Counted from the stretch's first letter, positions 11,447-25,683 are shown. The stretch is 64,000 nucleotides of DNA from Eledone cirrhosa (GCA_964016885.1 OZ024748.1:14570001-14634000); one strand, 5' to 3'. Notes: generated from the sequence alone by a model not told the origin. Program-made: numbers and translations.

Positions 11447-14400
11447 ATAATATATACATATATATAACGTGACTTAGTGGTTAGAGAATTGGATTTGCAA
11501 TCATGAGTTTATCAGTTCAATTTCTGGGCTGGGGGATGCATTATGTGGTTGAACAAGACACTTTATTTTGCATTACTCATTCTGCCCGGAGTTGTGATTA
11601 GTCGATAGTACCAACAATTATGTCCAATTCGACAAGTTCTATCCTACTCAGAAAGTGATTGAGATCTGAGATCCTGTTGATCAATTTGATCAATCAATCA
11701 ATATATAGCAAATATGAAAGACAGGATAAATTTGTTAAGAGAGAGATAACTTGCAGTAAGTATAGTTTATAGACAGAAATCAATCAGTAATTATCTACAA
11801 CTCTCTCTCTCTGTGTCTCCCTCTCTAAATATTATATTTACTAGATGAGGGCGACTCTCTCTCTCGCTCTAAACAAATGGCATTCCTTTTCTCTCTCTAT
11901 CTATGTACATCTCTTTCACTTGGCACTCTTCCTCTCTATATAGATGAGTGCGATGTCATAACTTTCTGTCTATGTACTTCTTCTTCACCAACATATTCCT
12001 GAGAGGGTCATGGGGGCAGAGTCCTGAAACACTCCTTCCTGTGGGTCTTGTCAGAAGCAACCGTCTCCAATTGATCTGGCTGGACCCCCCTAAAGAGACC
12101 AGCCGAACTCATGGATGTTATCCAAGCATCTTGCTTGGGTCTACAACTGGGTCTTCTGCTGGGTTGGTTGCTGTCCAGAAATTCTCTCCTAGGACATTCT
12201 AATCACATGCTTGAAATTTTGGAGCTGTGATCTCTCAATTAAGAGAAGTGGCAGCTCCACCTGGAGTAACTCTCTGATCTTCATGTTATACATTCTATTG
12301 AGTTACATCACTCCAAATACTCTAATTGAAACCTTCCATTACAATTTTAAGTAAGAACCTTTAAATATATTTCAATCATCCTGTTAGTATTGAAACATTC
12401 ATTTATTTTACTAAATTCTTCCTAATTCTTGCTTATTTACAAAATCTACTGTAACAGATTATCATTTAACACCTGTTTTCTCTGTTAGCAAAGGTTGGTT
12501 GGCTCATCACAGACTTTGTCTCTACTTAACCACAGCTGCTGACTTCTCAGATGGGCTAGGGGCTTCATCTCACTTACATGCATTCTTGCATTCTCTACAG
12601 AGAGTGTCAGTTGTATTTTATCCTGTGACTAGCATTATGGTGGTCGCCAGCTCTTATACATAACTGAAGAACCCTCTCAATGTTTTGTTTGGAAGGTTTT
12701 CTTAAGTTGGATTCCTTTCCTACCACCAGCCACCTTACAGGGTGTTCTGGGTAAATTTTTCGTGTCACCAGTACTAGAGAGGAGGTGGTTTTGTCATGAG
12801 TGAAAGTCCTTTCACTACTTTTTGACATGGCAGGAAGTCTTTCCTAACACCAACTACTTTAGAGCAACTACTGGGTACATTTTATCATGGAGAGTGTATT
12901 TCTCAGGCACTACGGTAATGAAAGGGTTAATTATTTCAAATGGGAATATAGCTGTTCCATCTAATAACATTCTAGATGTCTTAGCAATTTCTTGTAATCA
13001 TTGAAGATTCTTGTCAACTTCCCTAATATATAATTAAACGAACTATACATCATATCAACATGAAGAATTATTATATAAAGCAAATATATACATACTTAGA
13101 CTCATAAACATCATATACATATAGATAGACACATATATGTATATACACATATTTGTTCATACACATATGTATATACACATATATAGACACATATTTGTTC
13201 ATTACACATATATATAAACACACACATACACATAGATTTTCGGGCATTATAAACACCATGGTTCTTCAAGAAATAAATAGTCGTCTTCAGATAATGCTGC
13301 TAAAAAGGACACTATAGATTTTGTGGAGAGAATATGTTTAAGAAAACTGTGAATACCAAATAAGGCAAACATTATCTTCTAACCATCTACCGACCCATTC
13401 TCTGTACCATTGAGAAATACAATACATTGGAACAGAAAGTAAAATAATATATATATATATATGGATAGTTAATTTGTGTTGTATCAGCAGGACTGAAAAT
13501 GTGTAGAGATTAGAAATCACTGTTAGAAAGTCAATGTTTGGTTGGTAATAGGCATGTGAAAATGATATGTCTTTAACAACAATGGTTTCTGTGACAATGA
13601 AAGAATGGACTAGAATATTATCTGAATACTAAACAGCAACTCAATCTTATATGAAATTGGTCAGTCAGTTAGTGGTGGGGGTAAATAGAAGAGAAGAAAT
13701 ATAATAAATGAGAAATTCTATGGAGCTAGAGATGACATGTTTAGTAATAGCTTCCATAACTTAGTGGTTATGACGCTGGGCTCATGATAGTAAGGTTATA
13801 AGTTTCATTTCCAGCCTCGGTTGTGGTGTGTTGTGTTCTTGAGCAAGACATTATATTTCTTGTTAATCCATTCCACTTAACTAAAAAAAAAAAAAAATGA
13901 GTTTTGTGTTGGCCTTGACCTTTCAACTGGACAACATAAGTGCTGTGGATAAGAAAGGCTTGGATACATGGTTAACTGCTGGTCTTACACAATTCTCTCT
14001 GTGCAGGCTTGTACTTCAGGAGGGCAAACCTGGGTGAAAAGTGCATGGCTAGTCATGATTGAAGGGGGCACATTTCCCTTGCCCAGTAATTTGAGTGTAA
14101 AGGGAAAAATGGAACAATAGTAGTTCTAGTGATGATATAATTAGTAATAGGGCAGAACAAAGAGTGAAAAAATAGTAGGGGGGGGGGTATTGGTAACATG
14201 TTTAGTAATGGGGTTGGAAGAGGGAGATTGGAAGGATAGTAAAGTGGGGGTGAATAATGGTGACATATTAGGTAATGAGAGGTAAGTGGAGCAGAATAAT
14301 AGGAGAGTGGGGAAGAATAGTGGTGACATGTTTAGTAATGGGGATGGGAGTGGAAGAATGTTAGAGGTGGGGGATAGTGATGAGATATTTAATAATAAGG

Positions 14401-14548
14401 GGAGAGTGGAATAGAATAGTTGAGGGGGGGAGGGGTAAATATTAATGAGATATTTAGTAAGAAGGGGAGCAGAGTGGAATAATAGTAGAAGTGGGAGATA
14501 GTATTGACATGTTTAGTAATGAGGGGAGGATGAAGAGAATCTAAGAAT

Positions 14549-14633
<85 letters not shown>

Positions 14634-15550
14634 GTGTGGTTGTGGTTGCAATTTATGATCTGAAAAATGAAATCGGATCCTCATGGAAGTGTTTAAACAG
14701 CTGAGAGAGTAAACATTGAAAATAATAGAGAAAACAATAAGATTTTGAATAGGTGGTGTTTTGGCAGAGTCATCATGGTGCTGGATTAATCATTCCATGA
14801 TCATGTTTCTAATATTAATTAATTAATTAATAATTTAGAGGGATTTACTAAAATTATTGATTATATCAATACTAAAATACTAACTTAACATATGGGTCTT
14901 ATATAAAATTATGTTGGTATATTTAAATAAGAACGCTATAAAATGACTGCTTTTGTTTCATAGAACCAGAACAAATTTGGGTTGAATTGATATCAAAAGT
15001 GTTAAATGCCTTGGTATATGTTCCAACACACAACGCTCTGTGTTGAAATCCCATCAATGTCTTTATCATTTTCTAAAGTCAAAAGTCTGTCTCGAGCCCA
15101 GAGACTCATCAGGCTGGTGCTTATCCTGGTTTCCATGGTGTGAAACAACTGAAAGTACAAGACACACCTCTGGACAGGACACCAGTCCATCACAAGGTTA
15201 AACCCGCAGCTATTGCTGGTACCCATTTTCAGCTGTTTTGATTTTGGAGTTGATAAATAAATTATCAATCCATGTTTGTGTTTTTATAATTTGTAAAACA
15301 ACTGGAAATTCTATAGATGTTTAGAGTGTTCATATTCTTCATTACAGCTTCAAAACTTCTTATTTTTCAAAGATTTCTTCAAAACATTTCGAACATAACA
15401 AAGATTAATATGTAGGATTACAATGTAAGGTTTCTAGATAAATATAAACACTTTAAAATAATTTTGTACCATAGAACAAGAAGCAGCTTCAGGCAGTTGG
15501 AATCAAAAAGGTTAACAAATATAGATACACATTCATTAAACATATGTGTG

Positions 15551-15581
<31 letters not shown>

Positions 15582-16000
15582 ATGTGTGTGTATATATATA
15601 TAGATGCTCATAAATAATTTAGAAATAAAATGCAGTTGAAAACTTTAGTTTGGAAAACCTAAAATGAAATAGTGTTTTTCTGAAAAAATAAAATTAATAA
15701 AATATTTTTTTTAGTAAAGTTTACTAAACTTTAATTTACTTTTCATTCTATATTTGATTAAATTTTGTAGGTAATAATGTTTTTATAGATATGAATTGTC
15801 TAAAGATGTTAGTGTATTTAAAATAGTTGAGGCATAGATCAAGAGAAGAGAATAATATAACAATATATAGATGTATGTATATGTATGTATATATAATATA
15901 TATATATATGAGATTTACATAGATATGTAGATGTGATATATATATATATGTATATATATATATGTATATATACATATATGTGTATATATATATATATGTG

Positions 16001-16033
<33 letters not shown>

Positions 16034-16036
16034 GAG

Positions 16037-16074
<38 letters not shown>

Positions 16075-16078
16075 GATG

Positions 16079-16110
<32 letters not shown>

Positions 16111-16286
16111 TATATGTATATGTATATATGTATATATGTATATGTATATGTATATATATATAACGGTGATGAATTAGTTTTGTGAGGTTTTTTATATGAA
16201 ATCGTGTGTCGAAACAAATATTGTTATACTTGGGGAGGGTCATATTTGTGTAATATTGCCAGAATTAATAACAGAACACACTCACT

Positions 16287-17243
16287 ATAGACGAGAGAGG
16301 CCAAATTCTCCACTCACATTATGCTAAACCCATGGCGTCCAAATACCTGATACTCAAAAACTCAGCAATGTCCAGTAGTGCTAAGTTTAATATTCTGATC
16401 GCAGATTTGGTACGAGTGATGAAGAATGTGTCCCACATGTGCGACCCAACAGAAATGGAAAGACACATCCAACACTTCATCAACCGCATGCAGTTCTCTG
16501 GCTACAATGAAAGAGACAGAGTCAGAGTATACGAAGGAGCCATGGAGAAGTATAAGACCCTCATAGAACTGGACATGAAAGGAATTTGCCCATTATACAG
16601 GAGCAAATCATGGAATAGCTTAGATAGGGCAAGACATAAGATAGGGAAAGCCACCTCATGGTACAACAGCCAGAGATACCAGAGTGTCATGTTTGTGGAC
16701 GCTACCCCTGGAGGGAAATTAGCTAACCAGTGTAGAAAGGCCCTGAGAAAGATCCACTTAAAGATTAAGGTGGTAGAAAAGCCAGGAACCACCATAAAAT
16801 CCCTGATCAGCAAAACCTACCCTTTTAAGAAAACCCACTGTACTAATAGGAAATGTATCATATGTAAGGTAAACCCCCGGATAAACTGTAAAACTAGAAA
16901 TGTAGTCTATAGCATAAGATGTACAGAGGGTACTTGCAGAAACATGACAACAACATACATAGGCGAGACAGCTCGTAGCATAGGTGAAAGGATAGACCAA
17001 CACTGGGGAGAACTAAAAGGACGAAAAAATGGGTCAGTACTATACGAACATGCTAGACAACAACATAACGGTAACATAGACAACATAGAAATTAGAATAA
17101 TATCTAAACATAGAAATGACCCAGCAGATAGGCAAATCAGAGAGGCCAGTGAAATAGAACTTAGAAGGCCAAGACTAAACAGAAAGAATGAATGGAATAA
17201 CAACAACACCCAAACAAACAACACTGACCTAAGAGAAGTATAA
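16287..17243 (+). pseudogene. Penelope-like ORF fragment: RT thumb, Cys-rich linker, GIY-YIG endonuclease
   Basis: HYAKPMAS...SA thumb motif, Cys linker (CTNRKCIIC...NC), VVYSIRC...C...YIGETARS.ER...H...H...H...RQIREA...LNRKNEW. The frame is open from the truncation junction at 16287, so the ATG at 16332 is internal. The RT catalytic core is absent. Confidence 0.9.
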
Positions 17244-17472
17244 ATAAATAAATAAATAAATAGATAAATAAATAAATAAATACATACACAAGCACAATAA
17301 CAACAAACACATATAAACACACACTAGTCACCCAATCACGAACACACATCAAACAAAACACTATACACACACACAAACGCATGCACAAAGAGGACAAAAT
17401 AAAATAAATGAATAAATATATAGACAGACTAAATAAAAATGGCGTAGACATACAATGTAACGGGAGGAAACA

Positions 17473-17526
17473 ATAGCACCACTGACGATGTTGCAGATGT
17501 GCAACGAAAGAACTTTGATAAACTAT
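17473..17526 (+). ncRNA. Hammerhead-ribozyme-like motif in the Penelope terminal repeat
   Basis: CTGACGA-T-GTTGCA(gatg)TGCAAC-GAAA-G(aa)C-TT. Core boxes and stem II are intact, stem III is minimal and stem I is imperfect. Confidence 0.6.
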
Positions 17527-17764
17527 ATATATGTGTTTGTGTCTATATTGTATCTGCATTATTTTTGACCGTCGGTCAGTCAATGGCAATATTGAGGACC
17601 GAATAAATTAGATTACCGATATAAAAGACACAGAAGCGAAAAGCGAAAACCAACCAAACAGTGAGTGTGTTCTGTTATTAATTCTGGCAATATTACACAA
17701 ATATGACCCTCCCCAAATATAACAATATATATATATATATATGTATATGTATATATATATATGT

Positions 17765-17816
<52 letters not shown>

Positions 17817-17817
<1 letters not shown>

Positions 17818-18006
17818 ACGAAGGAAATGTGGTAAGGAACCCAATGGACCATAATGCACCAAAGTACTCAATACTTAGGGTAGTAGAGTGGGTAATAGGA
17901 ATGAGTAGGACGCCGACGGCTAATTCTGGACTAAAAAATAAATAAAAAAAAAAAAATTACCCGTCGAAACGGCTTGAGATCAGCCGGCGGGGTCATACTC
18001 GTTCCT
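17817..18006. mobile_element. Hairpin element family A, internally deleted copy
   Basis: Same tail and arms as 49059-49277. The left arm is deleted between cga(c/t)ggct direct repeats; A-rich axis; (TA)n flanks. Confidence 0.8.
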
Positions 18007-18062
18007 ATATATATATGTATATATATACATATATATATAGGTAGATGTTTATATATGTAGAT

Positions 18063-18114
<52 letters not shown>

Positions 18115-18600
18115 TAGATGTTTATATATGTAGATGATATATATATATATTTATATATATATATATCATCATTCATTCATCATTTCATTTTACGTCCACT
18201 TTTCCCTGCTTGCAAGGGTGGGACGGGAACTGATTCTGGCTTGATTTCTACAGCTGGATGCCCTTCCTAACACCAACCTCATTTACAGTGAGTGCTGGGT
18301 GCTTTTATGCCGTGGCACCTCCACGACCACTTTGCAGTGGAATGATAGGGACCCCAGTCTCTATCATCTCATTTCTACAGCTGAGTAAACTGGAGCAATG
18401 TGAAATAAAGTGTCTTGCTCAAGGAAACAACACATCCTTGAGCAAGACACTTTATTTCACATTGCTCCAGTTTACTCAGCTGTAGAAATGAGATGATAGA
18501 GACTGGGGTCCTACTCATTCCTATTACCCACTCTACTACCCTAAGTATTGAGTACTTTGGTGCATTATGGTCCATTGGGTTCCTTACCACATTTCCTTCG

Positions 18601-18602
<2 letters not shown>

Positions 18603-18688
<86 letters not shown>

Positions 18689-18695
18689 ATATTTT

Positions 18696-18730
<35 letters not shown>

Positions 18731-18900
18731 TTATATATATATGTATATATATATATTTTTATATATATATATATATATTTCTATACTCTTTTATATATAT
18801 ATTTTATACATATATATATATGTAGATGATATATATATTTATATATATATGTATATATATAGGTATATATATATATATATTTTTATATGTATATATATAG

Positions 18901-18933
<33 letters not shown>

Positions 18934-18941
18934 CACATATA

Positions 18942-19012
<71 letters not shown>

Positions 19013-19068
19013 CCATATAAATATACATATATATATACATATATATATATATGTACATATATGTATAC

Positions 19069-19150
<82 letters not shown>

Positions 19151-19176
19151 GTATATATATATGTATATTTATATGG

Positions 19177-19208
<32 letters not shown>

Positions 19209-19443
19209 GTATATGTATATATATATATATGTATATATATGTATATATATATATATGTATATATATGTATATATATATATATGTATATATATGTATATAT
19301 ATATATATGTATATATATGTATATATATATATATGTATATATATAGGTACATATATATATATATATATACATAAAAATATATATATGTATATATATAGGT
19401 ACATATGTATATATATAGGTACATATATATATATATACATATG

Positions 19444-19538
<95 letters not shown>

Positions 19539-19553
19539 GTATATATATATATA

Positions 19554-19607
<54 letters not shown>

Positions 19608-19625
19608 GGTACATATATATATATA
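18603..19625. repeat. ~1 kb imperfect (TA)n microsatellite; other long TA/CA tracts at 15880-16161, 33170-33640, 63235-63945
   Basis: Direct reading. Confidence 0.97.
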
Positions 19626-19668
19626 TTGTTTCGACACACGATTTCATATAAAAAACCTCGCTAAACTA
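19626..19668 (+). mobile_element. Isolated tail fragment of the Penelope-like family
   Basis: ttgtttcgacacacgatttcatataaaaaacctc matches the reverse complement of ~16175-16217; embedded in (TA)n. Confidence 0.8.
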
Positions 19669-19775
19669 TATATATATATATATATAGTTTAGAGTGAGAG
19701 AGAGAGAGAGAGAGAGAGAGGGATGGTTAGATAGATAGATATAGATAGATAAATGTTTCTATAAAAATGTAGATG

Positions 19776-19851
<76 letters not shown>

Positions 19852-20819
19852 GATGTATACATATAGATGTATACATCAGATTAATAGAAATTTTATTGGC
19901 TTGGCTAAATAAAAATCAGGGGAAGCAGTAAAAAGTGAGAGACGAAAGATTATCAGAGCAATAATGTATATTAAATACTAAAAGCGATATGACAGAAAAT
20001 AAAAAGTTTATTCACAAAAATATATATAGAATATTTTATATAGCCTGAAATGAAAAACAGATTAGATATGGGTTTGAGAGGAAACGCCAACCTTCCAATT
20101 GTTGGGGCCATGATAAAATATACCGAATATGCAGAAGTAGTACTAGAGTCTTAATAAAATGCATCCAATGCAATCTGTAAAGAGATAGTGCTTGCACCAT
20201 GATAAAATACACACAATGCACTCTCTACGACTGGTAGTAATGTTGCAAAATTATAATGCACCCAGTACACTCTGTAAAGTGCCAGTGTTGGTGTCATAAT
20301 AAAATGCACCTGGCACATTTTCTAAAATAGTTCATGTTAGAAAAAGAATCACACTGTTTTATGCAGGGTTGTATTATTATGCCTAAGGGTGACTATGCCG
20401 AAACCTTGGAGCTCCTGCAGTGATCTGGAGTCAATCAATTGATTTTACAGTAGTGTGGTATAAGTTTGAAGAGCCAGAGTGAGGCCTGAAATACCTGAAA
20501 GACTTTGGGGTTTGACCATGAGTTAATAATATGTTCATTTCTCCATGCTTGCACAATTTGGACAAAGCCTGAATCTTATATCAATACAAAATTCCAGAAT
20601 GAACTCTCAGCTTTCTAAAAATGGAATATTAATATCTGACATCTCCCTACATTCATGGAACCTCATAAATATCACATTGAATAACAAACCTATAGTAGAA
20701 TATATCGTCTTCCACTTCATATTTACCCTTTTTTACCATATTTCTCATGAAAGGCACTGATCATGATTTTCAAGAATATGGAAATATTTAATAACTAAAC
20801 GACCCTGTCAATACTACAG

Positions 20820-21070
20820 GCATGTAATTAGAATATCTCAGTAAATAATTGCTGGGTAGATTTTATGAGCAAGACCAACTGGCAGGGAAACTAGGGGTAG
20901 ACCCAGAGCAAAATGGTTGAATAAAATCCATGAGCTCAGCTGGTCTCATTTGGGGATCCAGCTGGATTAGTTGGAGACGGTTGCTTCTAACAGGACCTAT
21001 TAGAAGGCATGTTTCAGGACTCTTTCCCATGACCCACTCCAGATCAAGTTGATGAAGAAGAAAAAGAAGA
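20820..21070 (+). mobile_element. RTE (Expander/Rex3-like) LINE 3' fragment; related copies at 3541-3680 (+) and 11975-12215 (-)
   Basis: RGRPRAKWLNKIHELSWSHLGIQ...VASNR peptide; (gaa)n tail; three mutually similar copies. Confidence 0.65.
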
Positions 21071-22742
21071 AATTTCCCATTATTAATGTTAGGTTTGAAG
21101 TGTAAACTTTACAAAGGTTCTAAGTTAAAATTATGATAGAAGGTTCTGGGTAAAAATAAACATATTAAGACAAACAGTTCTGTATCATAGTAATAAGACT
21201 GGTTTCAGGTGGTTTAGTATCAAATGGCTAAATAGAAATAAACACAGGTTTCTTAATTTGCATCCTTTTGTTTATGAACTTTGTGTGTATGCATTTCTTT
21301 GTATGTGTGAATCTTTCTATATATGTATAACTGTGTTTCTATGTATGGTAGGGATATATCTATATATGAGTGCTTCACTATATATGTGTATCTTTATATG
21401 TATGTATGTAGGAGCATGTGTATGTATGTACAAGTGTTTCTCTGTATGAGTGTATTTTGTGTGAATGTATGCATGTATGTATGATGTTTGCTTCACTATA
21501 TGTGTGTATGTATACATGAATTTATGCATATATATATATGTGTATTTGTTTGAAAGTATATATGTGTATGTACATATGACTCTCTGTATAAGTTTGTCAT
21601 TTTGCATATGTGTGTATCTGAGTAAGCATTTGAATGGCTGCTGAAGTATGTTTAGAATTTTGTTTGTGCCATTTTTAAAGACAGCTCATTTAACAAGAGA
21701 ATGATAGAGAATTGGTTGAGATATCTATCTCAAATATAATATATATAAACTGAGACACACCTCGCGCTCTATAATATCTATGTGCATACACAGAAAGAAT
21801 GAGTTAACTGTGAGATACATATCACTGATATTATATATATGTGTGTGTGTGTGTAGTGTATGTATTTATATATAAAGGAGTAATTAAGAGATATATGTGA
21901 TTTTGAATAAAATCTTTGGTAGCGTAAAGATAAGATGTTTTTAGTTGAGTGTAGCACAAGTGGTGCCCAGCTGTGAACTGATCACTGTTCAGATTACACA
22001 AGAGTATATGTATGTATGTATCTATATAGGCTTATATATATAAGTACACACATATATATATATATATATATATATCAAAAGTGTATAATAAGACAAAATT
22101 TATTAGGTTTATTACACACACTCACTAACTCTCTCTCTTTCTCTCTCTCTCCCTCTCCCTATATATATATATATATATATATATATCATCATCATCATCA
22201 TCATTATCTTCATTTAACATCCATTTTCCACGCTAGCATGGGATATATATATATCTTATGGTTGTCATTTCATGTATATCAACATTATTATATTATACAT
22301 ATGAAGTTTATTACATTATCTTATATTATATATCATTATTTATATCATATTTTATCATCATTACATTATATATCAAAGTTTATTTAATATTTACCTCAAT
22401 GCTCTATTGTCTGTTTACATGTAAATACAAATGCATACACACTCACACATGCATATATATATATATAGTTGCATAAATATATATATAAACATACACATGC
22501 ATATATATCTATATATACACATATACATATCATCATCTAACATCTTTTTATATACATATATACCTGCATTCACATAGGCATATGGATAAATAAATGTATA
22601 TAAATACACACACAAACACATAAATATATATATATATATAAACACACATATGTGTATATTTCTTTATTGACATACACATTTGTACATACATACACACATC
22701 TATACACCCACATACAGATAATTAAGTATATTCAGCCCATGC

Positions 22743-22782
<40 letters not shown>

Positions 22783-23894
22783 TAGTGTACAGTGCTCATG
22801 CAAGGAAATAGAACACAATATGTAATTGTGTGCTTGTGTGTGAGTATTTGTGTGCATGTGTGCATGTGTGTGTGTATATGAGTATTTGTGTGTATTCGTT
22901 TGTATATGTGTGTGTGTTTGTGTGTGAATGTGTTTGTATGTGTGTGTGTATAGGTGTGCGTGTATATATATATGTGTATGTTTTTGTGTGTTTGTTTGTA
23001 TTTCTATGTGTTTGCTTGTAATCTATAATTGTGTTATGTAATATTTCAACAAGTAAATAATATGCTTTATTTCTGTGTGTGTATCTGCTTTATAATTAGT
23101 GCATCACATCCCTATTGGCTGTAAGAAACAACTGATCAGGTGGTTCTAGGAAGAGCATCTGTCTGTAAATCATTTCCTTAAAAAGGCCCCCATGATTGGT
23201 TTGAAGCCTTGCATAAGGCTTTCATGACTAACCCTTGCTTTAGCAGGGCAATGGTCTTAACACACTTGTATTTATTTCTCTGTGTGTAAAATAACAACAT
23301 AATATTTCATACTTGAAAAACCCTTAAAATATGTTACCTAATGACCATCCCTCACATCAATAGACATTGGATAGAAACGTGTCTGGAATGGATTTCCATG
23401 GTGGCATTTTACTGGTGTCAACTATAACTTTTCTCACACTTGTACATTATTCTATGTACTATACATACACCTTTAATGAGTTGTAGTGTACCTGAGCACT
23501 GTACACAATTTACATTATTATTATGTGGATTGGCAGTATCGGTAGAGGGTCGGACGTCATGCTTTCCAGCATAGTTACGTCCCTTTACGATCTGAGTTCA
23601 AATCCCGCCGAGGTTGACTTTGTCTTTCATCCTTACGGGGTCGATAAAATAAAGTACCAGTAATGCACTGGGTAATTGCTGGCCTTGTGCCTAAAGTAGA
23701 AACAATTATTATTTTAAAGAAGGTCAACTCTTTTTTATTTTTTTCAATAAGCTGGTGAGAATGAAACTGTTTCGTCCATATACATAACTTGATGTTAACA
23801 GCAGTGTGCATGACACAAGCGCCACCACTGCTGCCATTGCCACCACCACCACCAACAATACCCCGACCACCATCTTCATCATCATCACCATGTC

Positions 23895-24240
23895 TGCTTT
23901 GTGTTGGGTGGGTCACTACATGCTGTTATACCTTCTTTGGTGGCAACCTTGTGCATTCAGCTACCAGCCCAGGCTTTGCAACTTACCAGGATGAAGGGGC
24001 AAACTATCCAACTATTAGCCACTCACTGATAGGATTTTGTTAGAGCATCTAGCAGTGGAAACTTCCAGCATCTCTGTCCCCTGGACCTTATTTCTACTCA
24101 CTACTATCGGAGCAGAGTTGGCTACCCATAGGTGTGAGCCCCATGATGTGGAGAGGCCATTCCAGCATGTCTCCCTTGCAGTCCTCTGGGACAATGTATT
24201 CTCAATCCTACCGGCCAAGCCCAAGAGGTGGCGGGTAAGT
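23895..24240 (+). mobile_element. CRE-clade non-LTR retrotransposon 3' fragment (restriction-like endonuclease)
   Basis: WVTTCCYTF...SATSPGFA / LAVETSS...IGAELA...FQHVSLAVLWDNVFSIL fits the CRE endonuclease C-terminus; homologous to 38330-38650. Confidence 0.7.
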
Positions 24241-24862
24241 TATAATAGTTTGGAGGTAGAGGACACTTGTTCGGACATCACATATAATACACACATTCTG
24301 TATATTTATCTCTGATAGATTATTAGACTTACTATATTATTATAGTTATCTACATTGTGGCGACTACAATTTCAAATTTACCAAAATATTAGAATATTAT
24401 ATATGAAAGTCATTGGATTGAATTCATCTGAAGTTTCTCAGACCAATGAACGAAAACATCATTTTAGACCAATAAAATAAACCATTTGAATGCAAAAAGT
24501 TATTAAATGAGCATCTGGGTGTAGATAGATATCTTACAGAAGAATGACTTTGTCAAGACTTCAAACATGAAGAAAAGTAGAAGGCAGGTGTGAAATTTAA
24601 TTTAGAAAAAATAGATCGATACATGAACTGCAGTGAAAACAGTCATCACCACCAACTCCACCAACTCCACCATCATCACCATCACCACCAACTCCATTAC
24701 CACCACCACCAACTCCATCATCACCACCACCAACTCCACCATCATCACCATCAACTCCACCACCATCACCACCATCACCTTCACACCACCATCACCTTCA
24801 CACCACCATCACCAACACCACCACTCCCACCATCATATTTATTTGAATATATTATCATAGAT

Positions 24863-25618
24863 TGTGTGGAGTGGTGTGTCTTAGTTGGTGTGGAGTGGTA
24901 TGCCTTAGTGAGTGAGGAATTGTGGTCTTAGTTTGTGTGGAGTGGTGTGTCTTAGTTGGTGTGGAGTGGTATGTCTTAGTTGGTGTGGAGTGGTATGCCT
25001 TAGTGAGTGAGGAATTGTGGTCTTAGTTTGTGTGGAGTGGTGTGTCTTAGTTGGTGTGGAGTGGTATGTCTTAGTTGGTGTGGAGTGGTATGCCTTAGTG
25101 AGTGAGGAATTGTGGTCTTAGTTTGTGTGGAGTGGTGTGTCTTAGTTGGTGTGGAGTGGTATGTCTTAGTTGGTGTGGAGTGGTATGTCTTAGTTGCTGT
25201 GGAGTGGTGTGTCTTAGTTGGTGTGGAGTGGTATGTCTTAGTTGGTGTGGAGTAGTGTGTCTTAGTTGGTGTGGAGTGGTGTGTCTTAGTTGGTGTGGAG
25301 TGGTGTGTCTTAGTTGGTGTGGAGTGGTGTGTCTTAGTTGGTGTGGAGTGGTGTGTCTTAGTTGGTGTGGAGTAGTGTGTCTTAGTTGGTGTGGAGCGGT
25401 GTGTCTTACTTGGTGTGGAGTAGTGTGTCTTAGTTGGTGTGGAGCGGTGTGTCTTACTTGGTGTGGAGTGGTGTGTCTTAGTTGGTGTGGAGTGGTATGT
25501 CTTAGTTGGTGTGGAGTGGTGTGTCTTAGTTGGCATGGAGTGGTGTGTCTTAGTTGGCGTGGAGTGGTGTGTCTTAGTTGGTGTGGAGTGGTGTGTCTTA
25601 GTTGGTGTGGTGTGTCTC
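24863..25618. repeat. 24-bp minisatellite, ~31 units (gtggagtggtgtgtcttagttggt)
   Basis: Direct periodicity visible; variant unit tgagtgaggaattgtggtcttag recurs three times. Confidence 0.95.
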
Positions 25619-25683
25619 AGTTTAATACATTATACATTGTGTGAAGTGAGTCATAACTGAAACCTATTGTGTTGTTATGCATT

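Larger units (their letters stand above)
16162..17728 (+). mobile_element. 5'-truncated Penelope-like retroelement (Neptune/Nematis-type layout, C-terminal GIY-YIG) with inverted terminal-repeat copy, in (AT)n
   Basis: Contains an RT-thumb/GIY-YIG ORF and a 3' terminal repeat with a hammerhead-like core. 16218-16286 is the reverse complement of 17660-17728, extended by an inverted tail at 16162-16217. (TA)n lies on both sides. Confidence 0.9.

Noticed and set aside
13330-13680. Possible ancient Penelope GIY-YIG remnant on the minus strand
   Set aside because: Only scattered short peptides (ILVHS, YCI); insufficient without a profile search.
18567-19664. Long YIYIYI ORFs (also near 15.8-16.2, 33.1-33.7 and 63.2-64.0 kb)
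   Set aside because: Translations of (TA)n/(CA)n microsatellites, which lack stop codons.
24590-24931. Poly-His ORF (also 29667-29869)
   Set aside because: (CAC/CAT)n repeats and SINE tails with no coding context.
25000-25660. Cys-rich and HHSTPTKT repeat ORFs; CRISPR-like periodicity
   Set aside because: Products of a 24-bp minisatellite with no unique spacers, no splice signals seen and no cas genes.
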